Part shown: piece after piece, positions 36,747 to 50,641 of the stretch | How positions within the stretch are numbered: position 1 is the first letter of the stretch | Layout: the number at the start of each line of letters is the position of its first letter | Origin: Octopus vulgaris | Lineage: Eukaryota | Direction: 5' to 3' | Assembly: GCA_951406725.2 (NCBI GenBank) | Contig: OX597819.1 | Location: 65,162,001 to 65,226,000 of the forward strand | Length of the DNA stretch: 64,000 nt | Position numbers and translations under genes: made by a program | Notes under the pieces: model-generated | Databases searched by the model: none | What the model saw: the letters and a program-made list of their open reading frames with translations, nothing else | What the model was told of the DNA's origin: nothing

Positions 36747-37270
36747 GTGTGTGTGTATGCAGGTTTGTATGTTTTTTTCTTCTGTATGTATTCTCATGCA
36801 TATAGTTGCGTATCTAGACATGCTCATATGCATTTAAATGATAACCTCCTGGACACTTCTACAGATTTTTGCAGTTCCAGTGATGGATTGTATCTGTAGT
36901 CTTCGAATTAGCTTTCTCCTTTCTGGTTTTAAGAACCTAAATTCTCAAGATTGTTATTTAGGCAGTGTGTTACATATCCCAGGACGCCAATAATTACATA
37001 TATAAACTTGAACTTGTAATATGGATAGACTAACCGCAGATTTCTCAAAAGTTCAGCGTAGGTATTCTGTTTTTCAATGACATTCAACTTTATGTTAACA
37101 TCCGCTGGGTAGCTAATTTCCAGAACTATGCGCAGTTTCTTTTCTCTATTCCAAATTATTACATCAGGTCTGTTGTGCTTACATTTTATTGAAGTCTTTA
37201 CTGGGACATTCCGCCAGTACTCTTTTTTTATTATGAGTGGCTATGGCTTCTACCATATTGTGGGTTCCGA
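36465..37270 (-). mobile_element. R4/Dong-like non-LTR 3' part, same family as 14040-15178
   Basis: 'KHNRPDVIIW'; 3'UTR ..GTTGTTGATGTTGAAATTCCAATGAGGG.. ends in (CATA)n. Confidence 0.7.
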
Positions 37271-37361
37271 CGAATTACTTTGCAGTGTGTCCTAGGTGAA
37301 ACATCATGTATGTATGTATGCATGCATTTATGTATATATATGTTCATCCATGCATGTATTA

Positions 37362-37846
37362 CAGTAATCACTCACCTTAACACGGTTCACCTATCACGCC
37401 CTCAGTACATCGCGGATTTTTCAGATAAGATATGTAAATTTATATTGCGGGCTCTTCTGTATATCGCGGAATTCTGCGGCCGATATGTATTTATATATTG
37501 TTTTTTAGATTTTAAATTTTTCGGTGCTAAAATAAACATTTTCAAGCCTAAAACTTGATAAATTAATAAATAAATATACAGTACACTACTGCACTCTATA
37601 ACACATTAATTAAAATATATAGAGTACCGCAGATGAGTAAACAAAAAATCGCACATACTGTATGGAAAACGAAACAACTCGGGAGGCAAGTGTGTGATGT
37701 TGCTTTGCATTTATAATAAAATAAATATATACAAATTATAAAAATAATTTTAAAAAATTATATAGAGTACAGTACTGTTTCTACTTGACAGATGTTCAAC
37801 GGTATTTTTTTTTAAAGTAACACCCGTGATTTTCGAGGGATTACTG
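37362..37846. mobile_element. Tigger/pogo-like MITE
   Basis: TA|CAGTAATCACTC ... GAGGGATTACTG termini. Confidence 0.6.
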
Positions 37847-37930
37847 TCATCAGTTTTATTTCAAGATTTCTTGGCAAAAGAGAAAAAGCGTATTTCTAAA
37901 CTAGATCCAAGGCTTCTTCATTGGAACTTC
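37847..37930 (-). mobile_element. 3'UTR fragment of the R4/Dong-like family
   Basis: CAGTTTTATTTCAAGATTTCTTG..CTAGATCCAAGGCTTCTTCATTGGAA matches 36480-36580. Confidence 0.65.
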
Positions 37931-38879
37931 TCATTTCTATCCAAATTTCTCTCGGGTCAGTTATGCTTATATTTCGTTGAGCTTTTCACTAGGACATTCC
38001 ACCACTGCAATCTTTTTATTATGATTGGCGATAGATTCTACCATAATGTAGGTTCTCATTTCTTTGGCCCTCTGTGTACGAATGAATGTACATATGTATG
38101 TTTATATAGACATATTATTGAGAGTAACGTCAATGTCACTCTCAAAAAAAGTTTTGTTTAAGAATAATAAATTTGCACTTTACATAAGTGTAACCCGTAA
38201 GATTAATGTAAACTTGTTTTTATTAAACCAGATTATAAAAGTAGGCAACAATTTATATATATATATATATATATATATTGGTGTAGTGAAATAGATTGAT
38301 AGACAGATATATAGATGGAAAGAGAGGGAGAGAGAGAGGAAGAGAAACACAGAGACAGATAAACAGAGAGATCTATAAATTTGTGTGCGTGTGTTCGTGC
38401 TTGCGTACCTGTGTATGTGTGTGTGCGTATGTTCGTGCTTGCGTACCTGTGTGTGTGTGTGTGCGTGTGTGTATGTCCAAAAATCTGAATAAAGGAATAG
38501 GTGGGGTTTACATTTTCGATCGTGATGGTTAATTATGCTGAAACAAATTCTTAAGATTTCCATTAATATTTATTTATTTTTTTAAGTGAATAAAAGGATG
38601 TATTCAAGACGTTACGATCTTTATAGCTAATACTTCAAATAATGAATAATATAATATAATATAGATTCAACTTATTTCTGATATGTATATGTACGTGTAT
38701 GTATGTGTGCCCGCAATAAATGGAAAACATATGACATCAACAACCTATTATCATTGTGGGTCTCTGCCAGAATCTATCTATATATCTATTTATCTATCTA
38801 TCTACTTACCTACCTACCAGAATACATACATATACACACACACACACAGACATATATATAAAAATATAATATACACATG

Positions 38880-38946
<67 letters not shown>

Positions 38947-39079
38947 GTGCGTGTGTGTGTGGGTGTGTGTGTATATATAGATATATTCTGTTGTGTCTGG
39001 GGAGAGTCATTTTCTTTTTGTGCCGTATAATTTAACACACTCACCGGTAAAATTTACACTTATTACTTATTTTTATTTT

Positions 39080-39117
39080 CCAAAAATTTTCGTTGCGTCT
39101 TGCAACCTTTTCAATAG
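39080..39117 (-). ncRNA. Minimal hammerhead-like motif with U3-A8 covariant core
   Basis: Minus strand CTA-TTGAAAA-G-GTTGC(aagac)GCAAC-GAAA-AT-TT-TGG: perfect 5-bp stem II, palindromic AAATTT stem III. Confidence 0.45.
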
Positions 39118-39219
39118 TCTTGACTCTCCAAAAACGAAATATGTGTGTGCGTGTGTGTGTTTATATGTGTACGCGTGTGTGTATGCATATAAAAATACAT
39201 AAACATATGTAGATACGTA

Positions 39220-39257
<38 letters not shown>

Positions 39258-39904
39258 TATAAATATAAAAGTATGTATGATTACTTGTTAATCCCTTTAC
39301 TCCAATATTTGTTTATACGCGATATTTGTACTGTCGTGTGTAAATATACAGGCATCACATACGTGCATGCACACAATTATACATACATAAGTTCACAACT
39401 ATTATTTTCTATATACTTATGTATATGGAAGGAGAAAAACACATACGTGAAATTGTTTGAGCTTTCATCTGATACTATTTACAAATATCTCTCCATCTTT
39501 TTACATTTGTGAACATCTTTAACACACGTTGAGACAACGCTGATATCTTAAACATAACTCTCATCAACATGAGTTAACTTACCGTTTCACAGAAGCAACC
39601 AGCCTAAAACCTAACAAGGTGTAATTTATATGATTAGCAGAGACAACTCACACTGTTGGAGCATTCTTGCGTTTTATTATATTTTGACACAGGTAATGAT
39701 ATGTTTTCTGACGTCATGCCTGGTACTGTTCTTGACGTTGTTATCTTTGGAATCGTTATTCTCTCGCTGCCATAACTACATTGCATCCAATTACTCTACC
39801 AAATCGCTATACGACGGAAGCCATTAATGCTATTTTTCTGAATCACTTCCTGTAACACCATTACCTACTCCCTCGTACTTTCTACTCTATCATTCCCATT
39901 TATC

Positions 39905-40240
<336 letters not shown>

Positions 40241-40405
40241 TTATATATGTTCCACACACCCTCTCGTCACTCCTTTACACGCAGTCAATATTTTTTTCTA
40301 TCATCATCTATCACTGTCATATTTTCTAAGTTGCACCACACAGCTTTATGCAGGCACGTCTGCTGCCTGAGTTCCTCTATAATCGTGTGTATGTATCTAT
40401 GACGG

Positions 40406-40449
<44 letters not shown>

Positions 40450-40772
40450 GAGGGTGGCCCAAAATTGGGTTTACGGTTATCACTTAGGCACTTTAAATTT
40501 CTTTTAAAACATTTTATTACATTCATGTTCTTGGTGTGGATAGCTCAAACTCCTAACTACTCAACCTCTTCTGCTCCATACGTTGATATTTTATAGCTAC
40601 CATAAATTAGTGTGGGTGCAAAATATGAAGCATTTGAGATAGAATGACCGACGTAGGTTCCCATTTCCTTCTGCGGAATGCTCTTAGAATCCAATCTGCC
40701 GGTCACAATTTCGATCTTGGTTACTCAAATATTCACATAAAATAATGCATCTTTGTTAAATATATAAACAAA

Positions 40773-40810
<38 letters not shown>

Positions 40811-40811
<1 letters not shown>

Positions 40812-41221
40812 TTTTACTCTTTTACTTGTTTCAGTCATTTGACTGCGGTCATGCTGGAGCACCGCCTTTAGTCGAGCACATCGACCCCACGACTTATTCT
40901 TTGTAAGCCTAATACTTATTCTAGTGGTCTCTTTTTCCGAACCGCTAAGTTACGGGGACGTAAACACACCAACATCGGTTGTCAAGCGATGTTGGGGACA
41001 AACACAGACACACAAACACACACACACACACACACGCACACATATATACATATATAAGACGGGCTTCTTTCGGTTTCCGTCTACCAAATCCACTCACAAG
41101 GGTGTGGTCGGCCAGAGGCTATAGTAGAAACGCACTAACCCAAGGTGCCACGCAGTAGGACTGAACCCGGAACCATGTGGTTGGTAAGCAATCTACTTAC
41201 CACACAGCCACTCCTGCGCCT
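40811..41221 (-). mobile_element. SINE family A, full length
   Basis: Reverse complement of 22287-22685. Confidence 0.9.
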
Positions 41222-43159
41222 ATGTATGTATAATTAATCTTCAAAAATGGACTAAGTCTAAGACAAGCAAGTTAGGCTGACCACTGGCATTTGATTGAAC
41301 AACAACAAAACTACAGGTATATCAAATATCATACAATGTAGTTTATTAATTAATTAAAATTTACCCCACCTCTAGAGGATATGTCGTATTTAACAAGGTG
41401 CAAACACAAATAAATAGTTCCATAAGTGAAGGAATGACAGCCTCATAAATCAAACGAATGTGACATTCTCACCTGATTACCAGTAGCTACACTAGACATT
41501 GAGATAGAATGCCTGTCGTATATTCATACACAAGCAGTTGTGAAACGCTGCTGTGCTTTTGCATCAGCTGTTCTCATTGCTTCTAGCTTAGCTATCTCAG
41601 ACCATAGTGTCACTAAACGGAAATTCTACTAAACCTTTATAAAATAATTTTCTCGGTTTTACACTCGTTATAGTATAGTTAGTAAGAAACGTGGAATTGG
41701 AGTGAATGACAAGTGGAAAAAAAGTGAATGAAAGTTGAGAAAGATGTATAACAAGGCGGAATGCGTCACATGGATAGTTGAAGGGAGAGACGAAGAGTGA
41801 AAGAAAAAAACGGTGAGAGGGAAGAGGAAGAGAGAAGTGTTAACGGATGAGTTGTAGGATGGGGGGGGTAAAGAAAGACAGATATATTTCGGATACAATA
41901 TTTTGCAGGAAGTGATTTCTATTCGTGAGATTAAAGAAAGGCAGAAATACAGAGATGGACAGGAGAACAGTTATACTAAGAGAGAAAGAGGAAGAGAGGG
42001 AGAGAGGTGGCGAGAGAATAAAACAGTGAGGCAGATAGCATTTGTATTGTCAGAGTAGAGAAACATCGACAGCATGTAAATGAAATGAGCTTTGTTACTG
42101 AAAATAATAGTGATTATGATAATGGTGGTGGTGATGGTGGTGGCAGTGAGCTGATAGTGGAAAGGTATTTTTCTTGAATTAGATCTTTAATATTATTCAT
42201 CTATCTGTTCCTTAACACTTTATGATTTAGTTGGTTAGAGAGGAGGATGTGGAGTGAGAGAAAAGCAGAGGGATTATTAGAGTGAGTGATGGTGAATGAG
42301 AGGGAAGATAACCAGACCATGCACTATGCATTGATTGATGTGGTACGTGAGAGTGATATGTGAAGAGAAAGAGAGAAATGTAAAAGAAAAAACACATAAA
42401 AGATGGGAATTATAATGGTTAAAACGTTTGTCGAAGAATTAGAGAGAAAAATAGAAATATAAGTGCTTAGCAGAGGGACATTTTAAAATCATATAATTCA
42501 GATTCATCATGGAACATGTGGTTCCTACATGCATACATGTACATGGATGGCCAAATCAAAAATTTAGAATAAATTATATACCATAGAAGCAAGGAAAGCA
42601 TAACATTCACATCCTTTAATTGTACCCACCATCTGTTGCAACTGGGTAATTACATAATTAGTGTACACAATTAAATTTAACTAGATTAAATTAATTTAGA
42701 TTAATGTAAAAATTGTGTTTATCCAAATAATCAGCAATGTTGTGTTATATTAAACAGTAATCCGTTATCGGTTTATCTGCATCGAGATAACTAGTGAAGG
42801 ATTCTGTTTAGCATAACACGACATTTCGTATAATTTGGGTAAAAACAGCTTCTAAATTAAATCAATTTTGATTAAATAAATTAAATCTAAGCTCGTTATG
42901 TAACACAATCCTCTAATTCTACATTTCGTTCAGTTTTAATGAAATATATGTTGAGCACACTTAAAGTGTGTTACATATGAATGTTATGCTTTACTGCTTT
43001 TATGCTATGTAGATAGAAATACATGAATATAAGTATACATATATACTTATAGATGTATCCATTTCTATATACATATGCACAGACACACATATATATTTAT
43101 GAATATCTGATTTATACATAAATTCAATATAATGAAACAGAATGTTTTAAATTTCAGGA

Positions 43160-43600
43160 CTCCGGGTGTTATATTGTCCATTCGCACAATGTATTAACAA
43201 TAAGGAGCAATTAACACGCTATATACTGCAAACTACAAAAGAGGAATACATTGATAATTACTCGTCGATAATACTTATATACTTTGTTATATTCCGCACA
43301 ATATAGAATATTAATTATGGAAGCCGTATGCAAAACTCAACATATGGTAAAATATAGATGGAAGCAACAAAATTTTCTCATGCTTCAGAATATGGAAGCC
43401 TGACGGTTAAAAGATTATTGCAAAACCAACATATGACGAATTGAAATAAAATTAACACATGCGGTGGGAAACTAGGAGTCAAAAAACACTTTCGGTGTTA
43501 TGATCTACAAAACTTTGCAGAGCTGACAAGAAGCAACAGAGAAAAAACTAAATCTATTTTATTTTCTGATGATTTAACTTCAAAAATCTGGAAACGATAA
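43160..43600 (+). mobile_element. Possible Penelope-like element 3' relic (GIY-YIG-like peptide plus degenerate hammerhead core)
   Basis: 'CPFAQCINNKEQLTRYILQTT' resembles C-x-C..YIGQT; CTGATGA (43566)...GAAACG (43591) downstream. Confidence 0.35.
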
Positions 43601-43760
43601 TTGTGGTTCTAGTAGTTTTATTCTTTGAAACAGGTAGACCTTAATGCGGAAATAGGAGAAATTAGTTATAACCAGATAAACTAAGGCATAGTCGTGCTTT
43701 CAATGAAATATACATTATTCATAGACATGGACATATACATATACATACAGACATATACCA

Positions 43761-43810
<50 letters not shown>

Positions 43811-44922
43811 ATGTGTGTATATATTCATGAATACATACATACACTCATTGTCACCATTTTACTTTTTAATTTTGCGCATGAGCATTGCTTGTTTTGGATT
43901 TTGCCAACTACACAGAATAGCAGGGTTACTTGGGCACCACCGTCTGTGAGAAAACCAGCACTCTGACGATTCAGCTGACGGGAAATCGGAATCGATATGC
44001 TGTACAGCTTGGCATTCGCACCGGAAGCTCCATACGAAGATTTCAGAGTGTTTAGGTGTTCACCTGAGGAAAATGCAGAGGATTTTGAATGAGTTCGATA
44101 ATTCTAGTCGTGATTAGGAAGGTAAGGCAACTCGGAAAACTCACTCTGATCGTTCTGATAAAAGATCTCCTGCATTTGTTGGTGAGATCCAGGCCATATT
44201 TAACTACGATCCCTCCAAGTTAATCAAGTCCAGCGCCAGGGACATGGGAGTGTCTAAGTTTCTTATCAGGCAGATAGTGTATGAAGACATTCAATATTCC
44301 TCATACAAGATGAGAAAGGGCAAATTTTTATTTCAAGCCATCAAGGACAAGAAGAAAGATCGCGCTACGAGGCGTTTGAACGAACTCAAGAATCCCTTCC
44401 AACTGAACATACTTAAGTTTTCCTTAGACAAGAAAAAATTCTGCCAAGATGAGATGGATGGTGAACACATAGAACAACCGGGAGCCTACATCAAGTGCCT
44501 GGAGGAGATAATACTACCGTGTCTCAAGAGGGCGGCTGATGGAAGATCCTATGTCTGGCAACAGGGATATGTAGCATGTCACACAAACAGGGGAACCCAA
44601 TCATGGATGTCAGCCAATTTCTACAACTACATCACCCCTAACATCTGACCATCTAACTTCCCAGAATGGATGAGGTGCTGATGGTTGAGAGACCAACAAA
44701 TCTTCTTATAACGCCAAAGATGAAAGGAAGGCGTGTACTAGAGCAGCAATCACCAACTTAAAGGAGACCTTCCAGAAGTGTTGCAGAAGATCCGGAAGAC
44801 CTTCTGCACGCTGTGGTTGAAGTCAATGGCGATTCTATTGAATAAATTTTCTCCTTCGTATTTCAATATATTTTGTGTAATTTTGATGAATATATGTTGG
44901 AATGAGATGTCAGTGTTATTTT

Positions 44923-45790
<868 letters not shown>

Positions 45791-46557
45791 AGTGCTAACA
45801 TATACAAATTGTTGATAATGGCAGAAACTGCTGTTGTATCAAGGAAGTAGATTGTTTATCCAGAATAGTCTTATCATGTGTTTCGCTCATCAGTCCAGTT
45901 TTAAATCCTACTCATTCGACGCCTATCTTTAATTGCAAGCTTATAGTGTATATCGAATGCGAGAGAGACGGCTGGCCAGAGATTGAGAGAGAATGTGGAA
46001 GAGAGAGTGTGAGAGAGAGAGAGAGACAGAGACAGACAGACAGACAGACAGAGAGAGACAATTAGTCAGACAGAGATAGACCCGGCATGAGCAGCCAGAA
46101 ATATTGTAGATATAATTCAGAAGATTTCGGAAAGATAGGCAGAGCAAGGGTCAGAATATATGTCTTGAATGGTCTTTGTTTTCATTTACTGTTCTTCTTT
46201 TACCGTATTTATCAGGTATTGTAGAATAAATAGATGTTTTACTTTACCTTTCATGTGTACATTGAGAGGCGTGAAGTGATATACCGTTCCAATTATTTTT
46301 ACAAGATTTATTCATACAAGGATTTCCATATATCTTTATACACACACGAGCATAGACATGTCATCATTATATAAGCATGTTTCTGAGTTAATACACACAC
46401 AGACATACACACACAGTCACACAGACACAAACACGCACACACATACATACTCTCACACAATAATATATATATATGTGTGTGTGTGTGTGTGTTCGCGTGT
46501 TTGATTCTAATAGATGAAAATATTATTGTTTCCTCATGTCAGTCTGTGTCGGTATGT

Positions 46558-46611
<54 letters not shown>

Positions 46612-47179
46612 ACGCATGCACATACACGCGAACATACACCGACACACATCCCGTGTTTTTGTTATCTTTGCTAGACTTCTCTAAGCAGTGATTAAAATGG
46701 AATGAATACTGACTCCAAGATTAACAGCTCAGACAAATCTCTCTAATCTTCAACTCCGTCTGGACTAAATTACTTTGTCACTTCTCTACAGCCTCTTCAT
46801 GAAATTAAAACTAATTTTGTGCAACACTTAACATTCGCATTCCTGCAGATATCCATGATAATTTAATTCCAAAGTCAGAGCAATTGACAGTATCCTTTTT
46901 AACACTATGTTGGCTAATTACATGCACTTATCATACGTGCGTGTATGCCTTTGTGTCTGTGTATGTCTCTTTTTATACTTAAGAAAGCATACACCTTTTG
47001 ATCGATGTGCGTCCCTACTGACCTCCATAGACATTTAGTACAAGCATGTTACAAATATGTAATAAGAAAATGCAACGTTGATTTCTTGGTTATTTCCTCC
47101 AGGGGATTATCAAGACTTCTGTTTTGACAGTTGTAAGGTATTGCGAGAGAGCACGGGAGTGTGGAGGATTACGAAAATA

Positions 47180-47600
47180 CGATAAAAAAAAGTTTATACA
47201 ATATCTCTACGTTCCTATCAGGGAAATGAACACAGGGTTACCATCTTGAAACATACAAGGACCATGTCAAAGCATCACTGAAAGCTGCTAGTGTTCAGCC
47301 TTAATCGTTTAAAACACAAGCCCGAGATCGTACCAAGTGGTGGCGTCCCATCACCATCGGGACCAAAATCTTCGAAGCCATTAAAAGAGAAAAAGGAAGA
47401 TATCAAACGACAGGAGAGAAAGAGTTGACAAAATGAACCTCGTCCTCCACCAACAGTCAATGCCATCGACTCTTCTATGCAAGAATTGGTCTTCCGAGTC
47501 ACTAACAATATCGCCATAAAGGAAGCGTTCAGCAGAGGAGAAAATAATTTCTCGAATATAAAATAAAGCTGCGCCGCCGACGATAACGATGACGACTTGA
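47180..47600 (+). mobile_element. RTE-clade LINE 3' relic
   Basis: 'YKDHVKASLK..ARDRTKWWR..CHRLFYARIGLPSH' matches the RTE C-terminus with a Zn-finger-like tail. Confidence 0.65.
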
Positions 47601-49589
47601 CGGGAATTTATTTATCTACTTTTAAATGCAGAAGGATGCATTGGTGCACTTAGAGATTTGAACTCACTGCAAGACTATAACATTTTAGAACTTATGCCAG
47701 TCAGCAACCTTAAAAGACATTTAGTTCTTTGTCATCACAATCCCGTTCGAACATTGAATTGGAACTTTAGAGTAGTGTAGACTCAAGCAATCTCTGATAG
47801 AACGAGCCTATGCACCTCAAACATTGATACTTGATGCTATCCAAGTAGAATAGATATCATTATCCATTAAGATATTTTTTTTTTTGTATAATACATATAA
47901 GTATAATTTTTGTTTTTAAATGAATCAATAATGTTTTGATTAGCTTACCGATTCTTCACAGTTACGAATGGATTTTCATATTTGAAGCAGATTAGAGCTT
48001 TATTAATCGTTATCCTACAGCTAAAAAATAACGGCATCATATTTCTGAAAATAACATACACGGCCTTTCCAAGGACAGTCTATCTCATAGATCGTTCTAT
48101 TAGATATTATCTTATCCAGTCTTTTTACACGCCCGTGGTTAATACAAATTTTATTCCACACCGGTCTTACGCTGGCTGATATATCTCATCTGTGCGGGCG
48201 GATAATTTTTTTTTCCACGAGAGTTCCAGGCCCCAGTTATGAACACATTTTCATACAGCCAATCAGAGCTCAACTATCAAACTAAATTATGAGTGCATAG
48301 CAAGTGATGGGAGATAAGATAAGTTCGCTTGGGTAAGGAATAACCATGCTTCTTTTCTCCTTTACTACTTGTCGTTCTTGCTCTTGTTTCAACTATGGCT
48401 GCCTCTGCGTAGTGATTTGTGTTGTTTACTTTTTAAAACAGTAAGGGAAGAGTGTTGCTCGCCACATTTTTCTCATCACCCTCAACCCACATTTTTTCCA
48501 TACACATTTTTACCATATGGGGCCTTAACAAAAACTGATAATAGGTATAGAAGCAAATGTGTCTAATTACTTGTCTTCTAAAATCAGGCATAACTTGGCG
48601 ATCGGTCGACTTGCACCACCCTCCTTCGTCTTGAATTTACATGGTAAAGTGTGTTTGTTAACTTCACAACAAGGCCAAGGTGAACTCTGATAGGCTATAT
48701 GCAAATGAGCTCATTGCTAGGGTCTGGAACACTTGTGGGAAAAATATCGGGGGCCGGCCACATCTACAAATGATAGCAGTAGTTTGTTTACTTAACTAGT
48801 TCATGTTGGCGATTGACAATTTCTTGTCTGTTCCTCTACCCAGCATCAAAAGTTATTCACCTTTGACTTAATAAAGTTCATCTGCCAAAGTAGTGCATGT
48901 ACCACATGTTGCATGGCTTGGATGGTTAACTCGCTGGGGCACAGAGAGGTGCTACTACTGCGAGTCAGCATAGAACCGGAGAAAATAGTGGTAGGAGGTG
49001 AGCTACATTCCTCAAATTCCAGGAAATCCTGAACCAGGGTCATACTAGAGGATACAGTTTAAAGAAATAGCTACAAATCTCACTCAAAACGTAAAATCTA
49101 ATCATATTGCAAAAGTGAAGCAGGACAATGCAGGCATTATAAACCAGGTGTCATAAATAATAGCATGTCCATTGTACTTTTACTTAATGATCGATCAAAT
49201 ATGATCAATACTTAATTTAAAACCGTCAACATTACCATTCTTTTAAAAACTTAATTTGATGCGACATTTGAAAGAAATGTACATAATGTTACATGAAAAT
49301 AGAGAAAAATGAAAGATTGCCTAATTGCATTTCCGGTTAAAAACTGACAGATCACCAAAGAGACATCGTGGCACAGGAAACTAAAAACATTTCTACGGTC
49401 ATTTTTCACTTGAAATAAAACATCGAGAATACAGTTAGTGGTTAATTTAATAACGAATAAAGTTTCACTAACATAACTTATTTGCTTTAATCGTCATATT
49501 TCTACGAAAGCAGATTATCCATCAAAGTAGAGGCCATCGTACTGAACTGTCTGAAGCCACCTTTCTAACAGTTTTTGTCCTTTGAGACG

Positions 49590-50641
49590 AAATATCTTAC
49601 TGAATCTCCCATTCCTCTCTTGTTTGATGAAGAATCACTAACGTAGGAATTGAGTCATGGATTGGAACAAGTTTATAAGGAGGCTTATTTTCCGCACGCC
49701 CAGCGTGCATAAACAGTAGCTTTTCAAGAGCCAGCTTCTGGAAACTGTTGCGAAACATGGACTTTTCAAACACAAGCTGATGCTATACGCCTGGTGGATT
49801 TACGAGGGGATATTTCACTACGAATTGGTTCTGGACGGTCGAACCAGTGACATACACCTGGAGCAGATGTATGTCATTGTGGGCAAAGATACCTGGCATT
49901 GGTTAAAAGAAAGCGAGCTCTTTGGCAGCAAGACAACGTATGACATCATATGACAGGAACGACTCGGAATGAAATCCAAGAACGTTAGGGAAACGAACTG
50001 ATGCCCCACATAACATATATTACGGACCTCAGATTATTCCTTGTTCTAATCCATTGCTCACTTCAAAGGGAAGCGGAGGCTTCAGGGTGGAGTTCTTCGT
50101 CTCGAAGGACAAAACTTGCTATTAGCGAAGGATCAAAGATCTGGCTGAAATATCTCATTTGAATACTAAACTATTATGTTGTAGTGGAGGCGCAATGGCC
50201 CAGTGGTTAGGGCAGCGGACTCGCGGTCATAGGATCGCGGTTTCGATTCCCAGACCAGGCGTTGTGAGTGCTTATTGAGCGAAAACACCTAAAGCTCCAC
50301 GAGGCTCCGGCAGGGGATGGTAGTGATCCCTGTTGTACTCTTTCACCACAACTTTCTCTCACTCTTACTTCCTGTTTCTGTTGTACCTGTATTTCAAAGG
50401 GCCGGCCTTGTCACTCTCTGTGTCACGCTGAATATCCCCGAGAACTACTTTAAGGGTACACGTGTCTGTGGAGTGCTCAGGCCACTTACACGTTAATTTC
50501 ACGAGCAGGCTGTTCCGTTGATTCGGATCAACCGGAACCCTCGTCGTCGTAACCGACAGAGTGCTTCCATTTTTTGTTGTAGCTTGACGAATAAAGCGAA
50601 TAGGTTACCAAAATATTGCAAAATTTTTGACCCAACACAAT
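49590..50641 (+). mobile_element. Mariner relic interrupted by SINE C
   Basis: 'WWIYEGIFHYELV' and 'SDYSLF' motifs; TIR-like GCAAAATTTTTGACCCAACACAAT at ~50620-50641. Confidence 0.6.
50185..50569 (+). mobile_element. tRNA-derived SINE family C, full length
   Basis: GGAGGCGCAATGGCCCAGTGGTTAGGGCAGCGGACTCGCGG..GGTTTCGATTCCC (A and B boxes). Confidence 0.9.
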
